NCBI GenBank assembly: GCA_902616905.1
Contig: CACMUP010000001.1
Coordinates: 42,722 to 106,721, forward strand
From: an uncultured Bacteroidota bacterium
GTDB lineage: Bacteria > Bacteroidota > Bacteroidia > Flavobacteriales > Flavobacteriaceae
Reading direction: 5' to 3'
Length of the DNA: 64,000 bases
Shown here: positions 40,601 to 47,500 of the stretch, piece by piece
Numbering within the stretch: the first letter of the stretch is position 1
Layout: each line of letters starts with the position of its first letter
Made by a program: the position numbers and the translations under genes
The notes under the pieces: model-generated
Told to the model about the DNA's origin: nothing
Database searches by the model: none
The model's input: the letters and a program-made list of their open reading frames with translations, nothing else

Positions 40601-42508
40601 TGTGATTCTGGTGTCGTAGAAGCAGATTTCTCTTTTAAATTGTCTGGATCATCACTTGCATACAATATATTTTTAGATGGCGAACCTGTTTATGGTGGAA
40701 ATTCAGGTCAAATTAGTGGAACAACAATTGTCTCTCCAACATTTGCTAGCAGTATTGTAAAACAAGGAAATACTTTTGTAATAAGAGGGCTTAGTGAAGG
40801 AAGACATATAGTCGAAGCACAAGATGCTTCAAACCCTGATTGTTCTCTAGATTATGCATTTGATATTGAAACATATGTTCCCATAACATTTGAAGGTGAA
40901 ACAGAATTTGAATTTGATGTTTGTGATAGTGCATATGAGTTTGAACTTGACACTTCTTTAATACTTGGAGGCAACCCAATTATTGATGATAATGATAATG
41001 CAATATATAATTTGAAATGGACTTACACTCCTTTAGACCCTAGTGAACCAGGTTCAAGTTTTGTTGGAAGAACTCGTTTTGATGCCGGAAGGGGTACTTA
41101 CCAGCTGATAATTTCAGATGGGACATGTGAATCTGAACCTATAGATTTTGTTTTCAGTGGAGATATTCCAGTTTTAAGAATTGATGGTCTTTTGAATAAT
41201 AGTGAAATTTCTGAGGGAGTTAGTTGTGAATTAGGAGCTACGGATGGTAGAATTTCAATTGAAATCTCCGGTGGACAGGAGCCATATGATATTTCATGGG
41301 AAATTTTTGATGCAACTTCTCCAGTAATTACACCAGTAACTTCCACACTATCTGGAACAACAAATCAAATTAATTCACCATGGAGACCACTAGACGGATC
41401 TTATCCAGGATTAAGTAATTTTGACGGATTTACCACCTTAAATGATCTTCCAGCTGGGCTATACAGATATACCATTAGAAGTGGTAATACGTGTCCAAAT
41501 CCTGTAGATACACCATTTAACTATCTAAGAGATGTAATTAGCGTTGATGATGACAATACACTTGTTATTACAGATGGTCCTTATGTAGATCCAAAACTTT
41601 GTGAAGGATTACCTGGACTTATAATTATAGATGCAGTAAATAATTCTGATTCCGACACACCACTTAATTTCTTTTATATTAATACTAATGGTACTGAAGA
41701 TATTCTTGACGACGGACAGCCAGTACCTCTTAATGGAAATACAACTAAACTTGATGAGGATACCTATCAAATATTAATTGATATTCCATTTGAGTACGGA
41801 AAAATTGTCATAACAACAGACGAAGGATGCGGAGTTGAGGCAGAATTTAATTTAGCTTTAGGGGATCCATTCTTCTCTTATACATCTCCATCTTTTGAGC
41901 AGGTAAACGAAATTCCAGCTAGAGAAATAGTAACATTTACAGATGAGTCAGAAGGAGAATTCTCAAGGCTAGAATGGAACTTTGGAGATAATTCTGAACC
42001 AATTATTATTAATATTTCAGGAACTGCTTCTGGAGTTACTCAGGTTACTCATGCTTATGGCAATTCAGGGACTTATTATCCTACATTAACTATATATAAT
42101 GAGATTGGTTGCTATGAATCGGTTACCAAACCAATAACAATAGGAAGGGGATATAGTATTTATACTCCAAATGTATTTACACCTAACAATGACTGTTTGA
42201 ACGACTTCTTTAGACCTCTATTTACAGGTTTTGAAAGTTTAACATTCAATATTTACGACAATAAAGGGAACTTGATTTATACCGAGGATGCCCAGGATGG
42301 TTCAATTAATAGAACTGAATGTCCAAATGAAATTGATCCTAGTGGAAATGGAAAAGCAGTTTTAGGCTGGGATGGTAAAAGAGCGGATGGCAGTACTCTA
42401 GATTCTTTTACACCATACTATATTTATACAATTATTGGTGTTCCATTAAATAGAGTTACAGATGATCAAGTTATTGAGAGAAGTGGTATTTTCACAGTAT
42501 TAAAATGA
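25688..42508 (+). CDS. giant (5606 aa) SprB-like cell-surface adhesin with T9SS type-B C-terminal sorting domain
   Basis: One uninterrupted 16,821-nt ORF. The signal peptide is MRFVLKRLNFFLIFTILFAGHLFSQ. Dozens of Cys-containing Ig-like units follow, some with the YQWQSS..GG signature. SprB-repeat-like units such as CNGAANGTFTVEFTGGNPPYSYSLNG span about 38690-41310. A PKD-like unit sits at about 41932-42145. The type-B CTD at about 42150-42505 reads YTPNVFTPNNDCLNDFF...FNIYDNKGNLIY...GWDGK...GIFTVLK. Confidence 0.9.
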   Translation: MRFVLKRLNFFLIFTILFAGHLFSQDEDISIENISIVGGEPLCPSDSVQFTVTIKNNDGAVANDISNDDFYFQVNGPIDRTPQFYTIRADGAHNIGANASIVLTYPADFIPKAGSSTTTLDFSDHNGPYTITASITIPGDPDISNNVSTSLDIDIHNPTNPTLTSNDNTPQNPVICAGDEIIFTISPPSATATYTFKVNGGIVQSLAGVNTITFSSLGGVGSIANDDVVTFDMIDANGCITNSSTESITVSVSNLPTANLTASATDGLICSVAGGSPVSFTATGGVSFTWFVNDVFQAGATFSTLTRNISNNDVVKVRVFNASGCYEEKSLSFTEMKLINNGNIVLENASDSNICSGESPSGRILGDGTGGSVIATSTSGTISYQWQSSTDGGLNYFNLDGANSANYLPTSISTTTLFRRNVIISSDTTSCTFIGDDIVTMNKRDSFDINLSTNDATNTFCQDENIIVSANTGAATYTFIVNATTISANVTTNTFYLKSGATRNLAASPPIIQNGDNVTVQVTDNFGCTNQQTIPIVIDEVGLNPGVSTDAPGNIICLGENVEIEATGGVSYTFFINDTGTPALPAEVSGNKFTTNRLNDRDVVISRVFNATGCYIDVNETFTVLSLSSTGSITLSVGADANLCYNASMAGALDGGTLGVGGGAATTTIASATIGYQWQSSVSGGPFGDIGGAISQTYTPTNNFTVQTRFKRIAFAYYDANGNGVFDEPISCARTDSNIITINPKADFDASLDTGVENNSFCAGEIITVTAPIGADTYRFFVNDAPLGAAGLSRSVTATAGDGGVPGEFNNGDRIKVEAVVDGCTFTDEITMLVDFFGELASASLSSNATADTLCSGSNVVITAGPPVPGYTYAFTINGAPAPLADVTDNVLTTNSITQQSTVTVIVTNASGCTDTASLTIFVPKVGTAGNIAANAADLVLCSGDNIANDIASTNNGTLDASSSAGSVLTYQWQQRNASTANVWTPIAGATSYTLDISDTPLTITEDTEIRRLTFATLNTVSCPTGGAGLPSDVVSINVEEPRNPTITTNPGTTVCAEDVTSLIFTANTINTQLTDTYQWAINGVAVTIANGYAQNETGATYQVDTLGDIGDGDVVTVMVATAAPDSCTVTSTGVTMTVSASPIANLDSNATAETICAGSAVVITADDVPGATYTFRLNGLAVPAAQVAGRVYTTSAITQESVVTVEVNNGAGCSLTGSLTIFVPKVGTAGNIAANAADLVLCSGDNIANDIASTNNGTLDASSSAGSVLTYQWQQRNASTANVWTPIAGATSYTLDISDTPLTITEDTEIRRLTFATLNTVSCPTGGAGLPSDVVSINVEEPRNPTITTNPGTTVCAEDVTSLVFTANTINTQLTDTYQWAINGVAVTIANGYAQNETGTTFQVDTLGDIGDGDVVTVMVATAAPDSCTVTSTGVTMTVSPAPVADITASVADGIICGGLDAFNQPFADTVTFTANILPGATYRFFNGAVPLTPFQASNVFATDNFSIYDTDLQFDIAVEVTNAGGCSATDTVTINLNYVIADAIQIAGGAVSQNICASTTPTANFESVGAENAPDGVNDFVDGADYPNGAAITYQWESSTDGGLNWNPVVGSTSRTMTPTILYQTTQYRRRSRSILNGINTVPCDNYSNIITINVAPDATGGNVQRNTNAALNTWVDQDEIICVGDTPQLLRVINSVGGASSQYQWQYSFDNLVWEDISIVNGYPIDATAAQYQPRAITASNISSVSSFTITAGGALTAGEDFYRITLGGDSFTVSVGEVFDAAAVGSGASPVNTVDEVLALLEYKINQSGSGITAVDNAATDNILITLPPGSLLTPTFLISDNGANATLANSANAITYNGRGSTRYYRRVMTQNFGGAILPVCQTFSDTHSVEVSSVIAGKVSNTSLVICNNTTPTLFTSSRNAYSTNIGATIAYQWYRTTDAARTVWAPIGGGTLSTLNFGTALTQSTAFKRRATSTYNGTVCFSETDPITITVLDQVNTGFILADQAVCRIDGAPLTVDVNALSNIVANGTEPDDGALDGINYQWQFSADNNNWDDIIAGTRADLLTGGFAATISQTTVITALQQKTDIERRLQTLIDPDISTIVYYRLKTTRFNDINGNNILDAGEISCEVLSAATEVSISEQPTLVQTTAPLGGQTVCVGSNIDPVTFQYGGSATGILIVNNAPGLNAATDAAAKTVTISGIPTSTGLIRVTTTGTTCEIQTLQHQIRVTTAPQIPDYILIDDAAGGTPPIPIINGQDGNIYNGQVYLCEQALAASPSSTIFSACYNDGRIAPLTESYNWFISPPDAGTISRTTGFATWNDGFIGDATIQVVAIGCDGSATATLTTVVTVNQFNSAASNPSSPVPLLESESEIIYIRENAGNIRSLERFNVTLNGVRYTYETSDTSVPANGIANQTAATIAQELRDLINNDTTSPIAGLFTATSGSFNPGDANNNGLNDDIGGILRITAQYEGNSAPPTPPGTPRGNGGDMNLSFSVTRSPVEGRAFGSMFGFETNPTSELICGVSTGAEPICETTATTPNTQYFSTASNYASIRYTISNVLPGVGSVASPGTFVDSNTIDWNAGFHGTFNIESYATGCNGIENPVPGVRSVRIYPNLSAPLDINYDPLTLPNCPAESGDTTQFTSSSDVTWSWNNDLAGNINSVTGLVSWNEGWSGTVIITATSFGCGGASITRRVVIPDSPSFVRVSDPTTTNQSRCVGENITAIKHEILGGATGADITGIDDLNLFEQLTSENQVDRFVIDAAYPDAGDSYTLTINQVAYTVTIGEVYNAAAVGVGDGTVSVLDEIVGLFVYKINQASLGITAVDDAPAGQFTLTSNQFDFNVFTSLNDIAGDDPGISFTRTIVSDGGTFIEISGTISGSLAITVPTTYQYTITTTGGTCTPTTAQGFITVSPNSTMAIQAGMDTSQTICNNSVGALTPITYDLSNASTVNVAWNPSRPTGINHTHVIQNQISTITLGGIDANVAANNGQDYTVTINSITVTYTVNTGAPQNDNEIVDILNGLRTLIIGTGLLVDPVVIGGNSLRITSRNGLPFTISSTSPGINAAVFAVPVLVQSSTNSLTIFGDPSVAGLAVDTTFSFTITTVNNAFGCNDPASQVTATGSITIAVQPSLTLTTGNNNLIICQGETVSSTQGGVDIEWDVRGYALGASVGPGQLPQGIQSSYTEIPQITQVTFAGNPLNFDDGDVYRLQVNGVTINVPVNVGGGVNTFEALLQAFEAGIDSNVPLVDASYAANTLTIQSNTGDAVTVVRTNVGPIDGGDPTLNLPSITQANRKFLRIFGAPTDPAGIYNYTVSTFGPNCDPATANGSIRIVDIPAISVAAGSDANPAGVCNLSPMVPINFDISTFATYTVSWTSAAGQPPGISLVRTTSSTLSLVSDPVVNIPGAIPAGGVSYTYQILSTVNDNGCSSVASFTGIVNIINGTATLDLNDASSLTDDRINANGGAFDPSVAPDYILIEACQGSVLDDVLFDSSVDITNVTIAAGGNLPSGLFGDFTPGAGGGQFRIYGTPDSATTEDFVLQAITDACVPAADIRVRVVVFGTSSITLDAGSNDNQTVCNNTALTNISYTVSNALDATVAGLPNGLLGNFQAPNKFVISGTPDVNITETTSYTYTITTTGNPGGTLVGACSETTITGVVNVRPEESLTLDPDPTNGSVIQQVCYGENITDIIINVVGENTFGSAIGLPDGMNLNFVEDSDNMGGVATISGSPSATIAGNDPFTYSFTVTTGGANTSACADATQQIDITVVPPSSMVYSGADPSILNQTVCAGTNINEIEFTIGGGASNVSVTFDPGLGFTRVANVRVNDPTDAPDNAVIFGTAPNDLVQTTYNYEITTINQCNSAVAGIPTEISIIGSITVIPQETITHRGASGATTQDVCVNQDVTPIIFDVTGQNTHAKFVDASLVPSGISLDFAPNQVTGNGGVATILGSPDATNAAGDYTFEITTGVSGAVSNTSQCSDQIQSITITVKPLPTMVFSGADPAAMNQSVCQETAITPIEFTLGGGANDVTFSSSPAGLGFTRAANVSVDGNNVRIFGTAPVVGAETTYTYSISTVNPNSCTPSVTLGGSITVFPPVEYNNWAGNHTVNDPLCSDDGGSIVVNEAAVTGGFVAVKQQSRVELNNSFAVGNIITINVGPQAFVYTVQGVDNATGNLSNNPAVYDRAQSKSEIITAIVGLINDTNSGSTLVTAIGNSPAVGVATLIAKTSGIGFTITGAKQPGASPGTITISTPIPNQSLTYGYYWRQTNSIGTPVSTLDISDPNTYVDTGLTLNLNSVTGSEYYMLTTVSNNCQADAPFVTITAPNPLSLSVDTICDTEIKVAATGGTGQYTYIFYDKNGNERGRSIPLGNGASHTFRNGDANNINGGSINIAAGETYKIGIIDENNCSLNGNNSTVLVITPLTLNIDESRYDVTPAGCGNDNGSIVINGAAVTGGSAGNTGDYTNVTFLWTKIGGGFTSNQQSIYNLEPGDYILDVVDVLCDTLTAQSNIFTIIDNGTFGIINAPDNTTISNCSDGHLQVSIDPSNPGSGNFSYAWTDQFGVSRGTTNRIENLDAGIYTLIVRDTTTGCEQTFTYTITGSSGPLQILDPIAVNQANFSTTDILCNGAANGTFTVEFTGGNPPYSYSLNGAAYVSDGFSTKTATVTTGGASSTIVSYTTQVLTLDGFDGGSYSVKIKDSGLCTDASGNAVELDLGSVTINEPDPLSIELNASTTEAIDCSAGIQGSLGVNITGGTVSTTSPYSILWELYGPSGEVLYKRTTSGSPSDPDDLTITGLDYAGDYTVTVTDANGCFTSEVITLDDGSNEDPFTVGEAPIVTQPGCNSDELGSIELELNGGAQPYDIKWYKLSVAQQSATSSTNSGTGTSTSTTSSSTNIEFSDGGYVSMNKDGFYLVDQLQPGKYRAIVTDATGCSIFSRSGVIKTSSFNMISQRVYNRQVLDCDSGVVEADFSFKLSGSSLAYNIFLDGEPVYGGNSGQISGTTIVSPTFASSIVKQGNTFVIRGLSEGRHIVEAQDASNPDCSLDYAFDIETYVPITFEGETEFEFDVCDSAYEFELDTSLILGGNPIIDDNDNAIYNLKWTYTPLDPSEPGSSFVGRTRFDAGRGTYQLIISDGTCESEPIDFVFSGDIPVLRIDGLLNNSEISEGVSCELGATDGRISIEISGGQEPYDISWEIFDATSPVITPVTSTLSGTTNQINSPWRPLDGSYPGLSNFDGFTTLNDLPAGLYRYTIRSGNTCPNPVDTPFNYLRDVISVDDDNTLVITDGPYVDPKLCEGLPGLIIIDAVNNSDSDTPLNFFYINTNGTEDILDDGQPVPLNGNTTKLDEDTYQILIDIPFEYGKIVITTDEGCGVEAEFNLALGDPFFSYTSPSFEQVNEIPAREIVTFTDESEGEFSRLEWNFGDNSEPIIINISGTASGVTQVTHAYGNSGTYYPTLTIYNEIGCYESVTKPITIGRGYSIYTPNVFTPNNDCLNDFFRPLFTGFESLTFNIYDNKGNLIYTEDAQDGSINRTECPNEIDPSGNGKAVLGWDGKRADGSTLDSFTPYYIYTIIGVPLNRVTDDQVIERSGIFTVLK
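28200..30006 (+). repeat. intragenic tandem duplication, period 903 bp (301 aa), two units
   Basis: 28442-29103 aligns with 29345-30006 at offset 903. I count only 8 mismatches by eye, with an uninterrupted identical run at 28460-28876. The remaining roughly 240 bp of each unit (28200-28441 vs 29104-29344) is clearly homologous but diverged. Confidence 0.9.
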
Positions 42509-43527
42509 TGGTTTTGAAAGAGAAAATATTATTGATATTAACTTTTATTGTGATAAACTTGTCCTATTCACAGGAGATGGTATTTAATTCTCAACCTAAA
42601 TTAATGCATATTAGTAATCCAAGTTATTTTGGATTAAATAGCTGGAATCGGTCTGGACTATTGTATAATACAACGGAAATAAATCCAAATGAGACACAAA
42701 ATAATAAATTCTTTTATGGCTCATATTCATTTGATTTACTTGACTTTAGTTTAGGTATTCAGTTTAATAATTTCAACGCACCAAATATTGGATATAAAAA
42801 AAATGATTTGAATTTAAGTTATATTTACAAAGTTGAATTAGGTAATGATCTTTGGTTTTTACCTTCAGTAAATGTAGGGTTTGTATCAAAAAATCTTAAT
42901 CCATCGAATTTAATATTTGAAGATCAAATTAATTCTATTACTGGTTACATAAATCAGGAATCAATCGACCCTTTAGCTGATTTTTTCTTTGCAAAAAATT
43001 ATACAGATTTAGGAGCATCTTTCCTAGTTCATAGTACTGATTTTTTAATTGGGATAAATTTTGATTATTTAAATCAACCGAATGTTGCCTATGACACTGA
43101 TGTCGAGTTCCTTGTCCCCATTTCTTATGGTATGCAAGCTGCATATGAGTTTAATTTAAATCCTTATGACAGAAGATTTTTACCTAGGTACTCATATTTA
43201 TATGCTTACACCTCAGTGAGAAGGGATTCAGAATCTATTAATATTTTCTCATCTCAAGAATTTCAATTAGGGGAATTTAGCGTTGGAGCTAATCAACAAT
43301 TTGGATTGTTTGATAATTTTTCGTTTTTGAACCTAGGATTAAGCGTAGGTCTTACTTATGAAAATTTTGATTTTGGTGTTTCATATGCCTTTTCAGTTCA
43401 GGATCTAACAACTTCATATAGATATCCTCCAAGAATTTTTGATTTATTTTTGAGTTTTGATTTTAGTCCATTCCTCAGAAACAGGAGGGGTCAATATAAA
43501 AGATTACAAGTAGATAATTATTTTTAG
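42505..43527 (+). CDS. PorP/SprF-family T9SS outer-membrane protein (SprF-like, divergent)
   Basis: The start overlaps the giant gene stop (ATGA at 42505-42508). The signal peptide is MMVLKEKILLILTFIVINLSYSQ. The 340-aa protein has an aromatic-rich alternating beta-barrel-like pattern (F/Y every second residue) and ends ...LFLSFDF. Position and size match sprF downstream of sprB. Confidence 0.7.
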   Translation: MMVLKEKILLILTFIVINLSYSQEMVFNSQPKLMHISNPSYFGLNSWNRSGLLYNTTEINPNETQNNKFFYGSYSFDLLDFSLGIQFNNFNAPNIGYKKNDLNLSYIYKVELGNDLWFLPSVNVGFVSKNLNPSNLIFEDQINSITGYINQESIDPLADFFFAKNYTDLGASFLVHSTDFLIGINFDYLNQPNVAYDTDVEFLVPISYGMQAAYEFNLNPYDRRFLPRYSYLYAYTSVRRDSESINIFSSQEFQLGEFSVGANQQFGLFDNFSFLNLGLSVGLTYENFDFGVSYAFSVQDLTTSYRYPPRIFDLFLSFDFSPFLRNRRGQYKRLQVDNYF

Positions 43528-43934
43528 TAAGCTATTGTGTAAATACTATCTTTTGTAAAATATTTCCACTCACCAACCCTTTTATTTGATTGAAAAGATC
43601 CTTCACTAATCTGTTTTCCTTGACTATTATAATTTTTTTGAATTCCAAAGTAACATCCATCATAAATTTTTTCCATTAATAAAATATTATTACTGAATGT
43701 TTTTTCATTTTTGATTTTCCCTTTGTAAACTTTACTTAAAATATATTTGTCCCCTTTATCCAACTCATATTCGCCAGTGAAAAGACGTTCGTTCCAGTAA
43801 ATTTCACAGTTCTTAAAAACTAATTGACTCTTTGGAACAATTCTAGTACACGATTGTATAAGAAATACTAAAAAAAAATTAATAATTATATATTGCCTTA
43901 CCTCCGCTTTTGAAATATTCTTCAAATTGACCAA
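43524..43934 (-). CDS. MORN-variant (YwqK-like) repeat lipoprotein; start uncertain
   Basis: IIINFFLVFLIQSC is lipoprotein-like. The C-terminal ...G.F..NKRVGEWKYFTKD... is typical of MORN_2 repeats. Only TTG starts are available (43934 or 43925), and both overlap the upstream gene. Confidence 0.6.
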   Translation of the reverse strand: MVNLKNISKAEVRQYIIINFFLVFLIQSCTRIVPKSQLVFKNCEIYWNERLFTGEYELDKGDKYILSKVYKGKIKNEKTFSNNILLMEKIYDGCYFGIQKNYNSQGKQISEGSFQSNKRVGEWKYFTKDSIYTIAY

Positions 43935-44364
43935 TTTTTAAACTATTAAAATAACTACCACAAAGTTTTAGTTTTTGATTATCATGGAATTCTTCAAAAC
44001 TACCCATTCTTAGATCATTGTTATAAAAAGTAATTATTTGCTCATTTCCATTTTCATGGAAAGAGGTGAATTTCCCAAATAATTTTCCATTTATGAAATT
44101 CGAATGAGTTTGTATTTTTCCAGAGCGATAGTATTGATTAATATTTCCATTTTTCAGGCCATTTAAAACCTCCATCTCAAGCTTTATTTCTTTATTGTCA
44201 TGAAGTTCAATTATCTGCCCTGAGTATAGTTTTGAATTTTTAGTAAATAGCATTAGATTATTTTCAAAAATTATTTCTACATCACTCAAATCTGTTTTGG
44301 TCTTACCACAATAAATGAACAAAAAAAGGAAGAGATATATTAAATATTTTCTTATGGATACCAC
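43879..44364 (-). CDS. MORN-variant (YwqK-like) repeat lipoprotein
   Basis: A GTG start is followed by the lipoprotein signal YLIYLFLFLFIYCG. Repeated G.K.G....YY.SGK......F.NGK..G.F..FHENG and GQFEEYFKSGG units match the MORN_2 pattern. Confidence 0.7.
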   Translation of the reverse strand: MVSIRKYLIYLFLFLFIYCGKTKTDLSDVEIIFENNLMLFTKNSKLYSGQIIELHDNKEIKLEMEVLNGLKNGNINQYYRSGKIQTHSNFINGKLFGKFTSFHENGNEQIITFYNNDLRMGSFEEFHDNQKLKLCGSYFNSLKIGQFEEYFKSGGKAIYNY

Positions 44365-44393
44365 ATTAATTGGTTCAATTTAAATCTAAATAT

Positions 44394-44546
44394 TTATGTT
44401 ATGGACTTGAAGCGTCCATTTTTTGCCCGCCTTTTTTCTAGACTTTGTGCTTTTAAAAATTCCTTACGAGTATATCTTTTTCCACCAATATATATTGATT
44501 TTACTTTTTCAGGAAATTCTTCAATATGAACTAATGGGCTTTTCAT
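44394..44546 (-). CDS. unannotated small basic ORF (50 aa)
   Basis: ATG at 44546 and TAA at 44396-44394 give MKSPLVHIEEFPEKVKSIYIGGKRYTRKEFLKAQSLEKRRAKNGRFKSIT. It fills most of the otherwise empty 222-bp gap, on the same strand as its neighbours. It is below the ORF-track size cutoff. Confidence 0.3.
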   Translation of the reverse strand: MKSPLVHIEEFPEKVKSIYIGGKRYTRKEFLKAQSLEKRRAKNGRFKSIT

Positions 44547-44586
44547 CTCAATAAATATAATAATTTACAAAATAAATTTTATATAG

Positions 44587-47500
44587 TTAATAAGTTAAAT
44601 ACAACCACCCTTCAATAACTTCCATTCCGGGCACTTCAATTATATAATAATATGAACCTGCAGGAAGAAGATCCCCAGTTTGATCAAATGTTCCAGCCCA
44701 ATCATTTTGGTAATTTACTCTGGAAAAAACTAAAAATCCATTTCTATTGTAGATCGAAACTCTGGCATTAGGATAATTTTCTAAATTCATTATTTTCCAT
44801 GTTCCCTCACTTCCAATAACCCCAGGTGTTACAAGTCCAGAAACAAAAATTTCGCCATCTGAAAACCCATCATCGTTTGCGTCATTGTCTGAATTATCTC
44901 CGATTCCATCACCGTCTGTATCTACAGATTCATTTGGATCTAATGGAAATGCATCAAGACCATCAATAATACCGTCTTTATCAGTGTCAATATCATTTGG
45001 ATCAGTTCCAATTTCGTTTTCATCACCATCTTCAAGTAAATCTTCATCAGTATCTCTGTTATATGGATCGGTTCCCTCTTCAAATTCTTCTTGATCTGTC
45101 CTTCCATCGTTATCGTCATCTTCATCCTCAGTATCTCCAATTCCATCATTATCAAAGTCAGTATCTTTAACAATAAAAATAGTACTAATTGATGCTGATG
45201 TAAATTGAGCAGTACCAATTTGTACTGCTGTTATACTACAAGATCCAATACCTTTTATTATAATTTTATTTCCTCTAATTTCAGCGATATCAGTATCACT
45301 ACTTGTATACCTTATAGCACCTGACCTATTTGAATCAGGAGGAGGTATTGTGAATTCACCATCATTTATGAATTTTTCGGGTATATTGAAATTAGACAGT
45401 TTGGTAATACCCTGTAAAACGGTAATTATTTTTGTTTGACTAGCAGCATTAAATTCATTATTTCCTGGATGACTAACTCTAATTTTTAACTCTCCAATAT
45501 CAAAAATATCTAAAGTGCTTCCATTAATTAAGGCGTTTGTTCCGGATACAATTTCATAGATTAAATTATTGAATGATTGATCACTGAAGGCATCAATATC
45601 ATATGTTAAATCTTCCTCGAATAAAATAAATTCAGATCCTGGTGGATCAATAGTAATATTTTGATTGAATTTAGAAACATCAATTGCTAATGTAACAGTT
45701 GCTGAGTTATAATTTGGGTGAGCCGATGCGTCAGTAGTGAAAGTAAGTGTTACTACTCCGGAAGTACCTATATTAGATAAAACATAACTTCCTACTGTGC
45801 CCGATAAATTTGCTGCCGAACCATTTGCTATAGAAACTAATACTGGAGCACCAGAGGTTGAAGTTGCTGATACAGTGAGAGAAGCAAAATTCTTTAATAC
45901 CTCTTGAGGTAGTGGTTCGATGATTATCGATTGGTTAGCTTTTAATACTTCCAATGTTACAGTAACTGTTTTTGACTCATAATTTCCATCAGCTGGTATG
46001 TCCGCAAACAATGTGACAGTTCCAACTCCATTAATTTGAACATCTTTTGAAGAAATACTTGCAATTGTGACATCTGATGACCTAAAATTGAATACACCAC
46101 TGTAATCAGACGGCACTGTTGGATCAATGAGTTCAAAAGGAGGAATACCAAAGGTTCTAGTTATTTTAGAAGTTGAATACCAATCAACATTTAGCAAGTT
46201 ATTTTTAAGAACAGTTAGTGTCATAGTAGCGGTAGCAGAGTTGTAATTGGGGTCTTCTGCTTGAAGCGCACTAATTGTAGTTGAACCTGAACCACTAATT
46301 GATAATAATAGTGAAACCAGGTTTAATGGACTTTTTGTTATTGATTTATTTGTTGAAGTAATAACATTATTTGTTGAAGGAATAACATTTAAAGTATTTG
46401 ATTGACTAATTGAAGCAACTCTTGGATCATCAATCAAATAACTAAAACTTCCTGTGCTACTTGAAGTAGCAGTAATTGTAAAATCTAAATCTCCATATAT
46501 CTTGGTTATATCTGGGAAATAAATATTGGGATTAGCTTTACCAACATTAAGTGTAATTGTTTTACTAGCTGTTAAGAAATTTGCATCAGCAGCTTGAGTG
46601 ATAGTAATTGAAGTAGTACCAGCACCATTAATGGTTACTGAACCAGTGGCAGTAATACTGGCTACATTACTATCAGCAATTTGAAAAGAGAATGCACCTG
46701 TGCTACTTGAAGTAGCGGTAACATCAAATCCAGGATCACCAAAAATTTTATCAATAGTATCAGAACTTGTTATAGTGGGTGTAAATAATCTATAATCAAA
46801 AACTATATTCTCATTTCCCTGGATATCAAAACCAAATAAATCTGTGGCACTTACAGTAAGAGTATATTGACCTACTGGAACAGATAAAGATGGAAAATCA
46901 AAAACATAACTCCAAACAGATTGTGAGGCTGTTGAAGACAATGTTATATTTTTTGGACCAATACCAGAAAAATTAATTGTTGGTGAGTTTTGAACTGCTT
47001 TAGAAAATGTCGCAGTTACAGTAATACTATCAGTTGGATAGATGATATCGTCAACATCACTATCGGTCAAAGTTACAGTCAGCGGAGTTACGTCAACTGC
47101 AAAAGTAATCTCGTCTGAAGATGTTTCATTTCCGTCTTGAACACCATTGGAGGTTAAATAAGGATTTCCAATAATATCCGTTAGTTTAAATGAAATGCCT
47201 AGAGGAGTTAGTCCATATCTTTGTGCTAGAGAATTATAATTTTGTTGAATTTCGGACAATGATAAAACCCTATTATAAATTAATACAATGGGTATATATC
47301 CATCAAATAAATTGTTATCTCCATTACTACCTATGTAAGCCCCAACTCTGACCACACCATTTCCAAAAGATAGGGTATTATAAGTGTCAGTATCTTCTAA
47401 TGCTCCATTATAATAAAGTTTAAACCCGTCTATGTCACTAAATGATACTGCTGAATAATGCCAACTATTTAACATATTACCAGGACTAAAACTTACTCTA

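Noticed and set aside
27666-41346. About 20 short ORFs (60-144 aa) in other frames or strands inside the 5606-aa gene. Equivalent ORFs occur inside the other two giant genes (44885-50392 and 53870-57400).
   Set aside because: All are embedded in long uninterrupted ORFs with clear domain structure. Repetitive Thr/Gly/Ala/Asn-rich coding sequence generates open alternative frames by chance.
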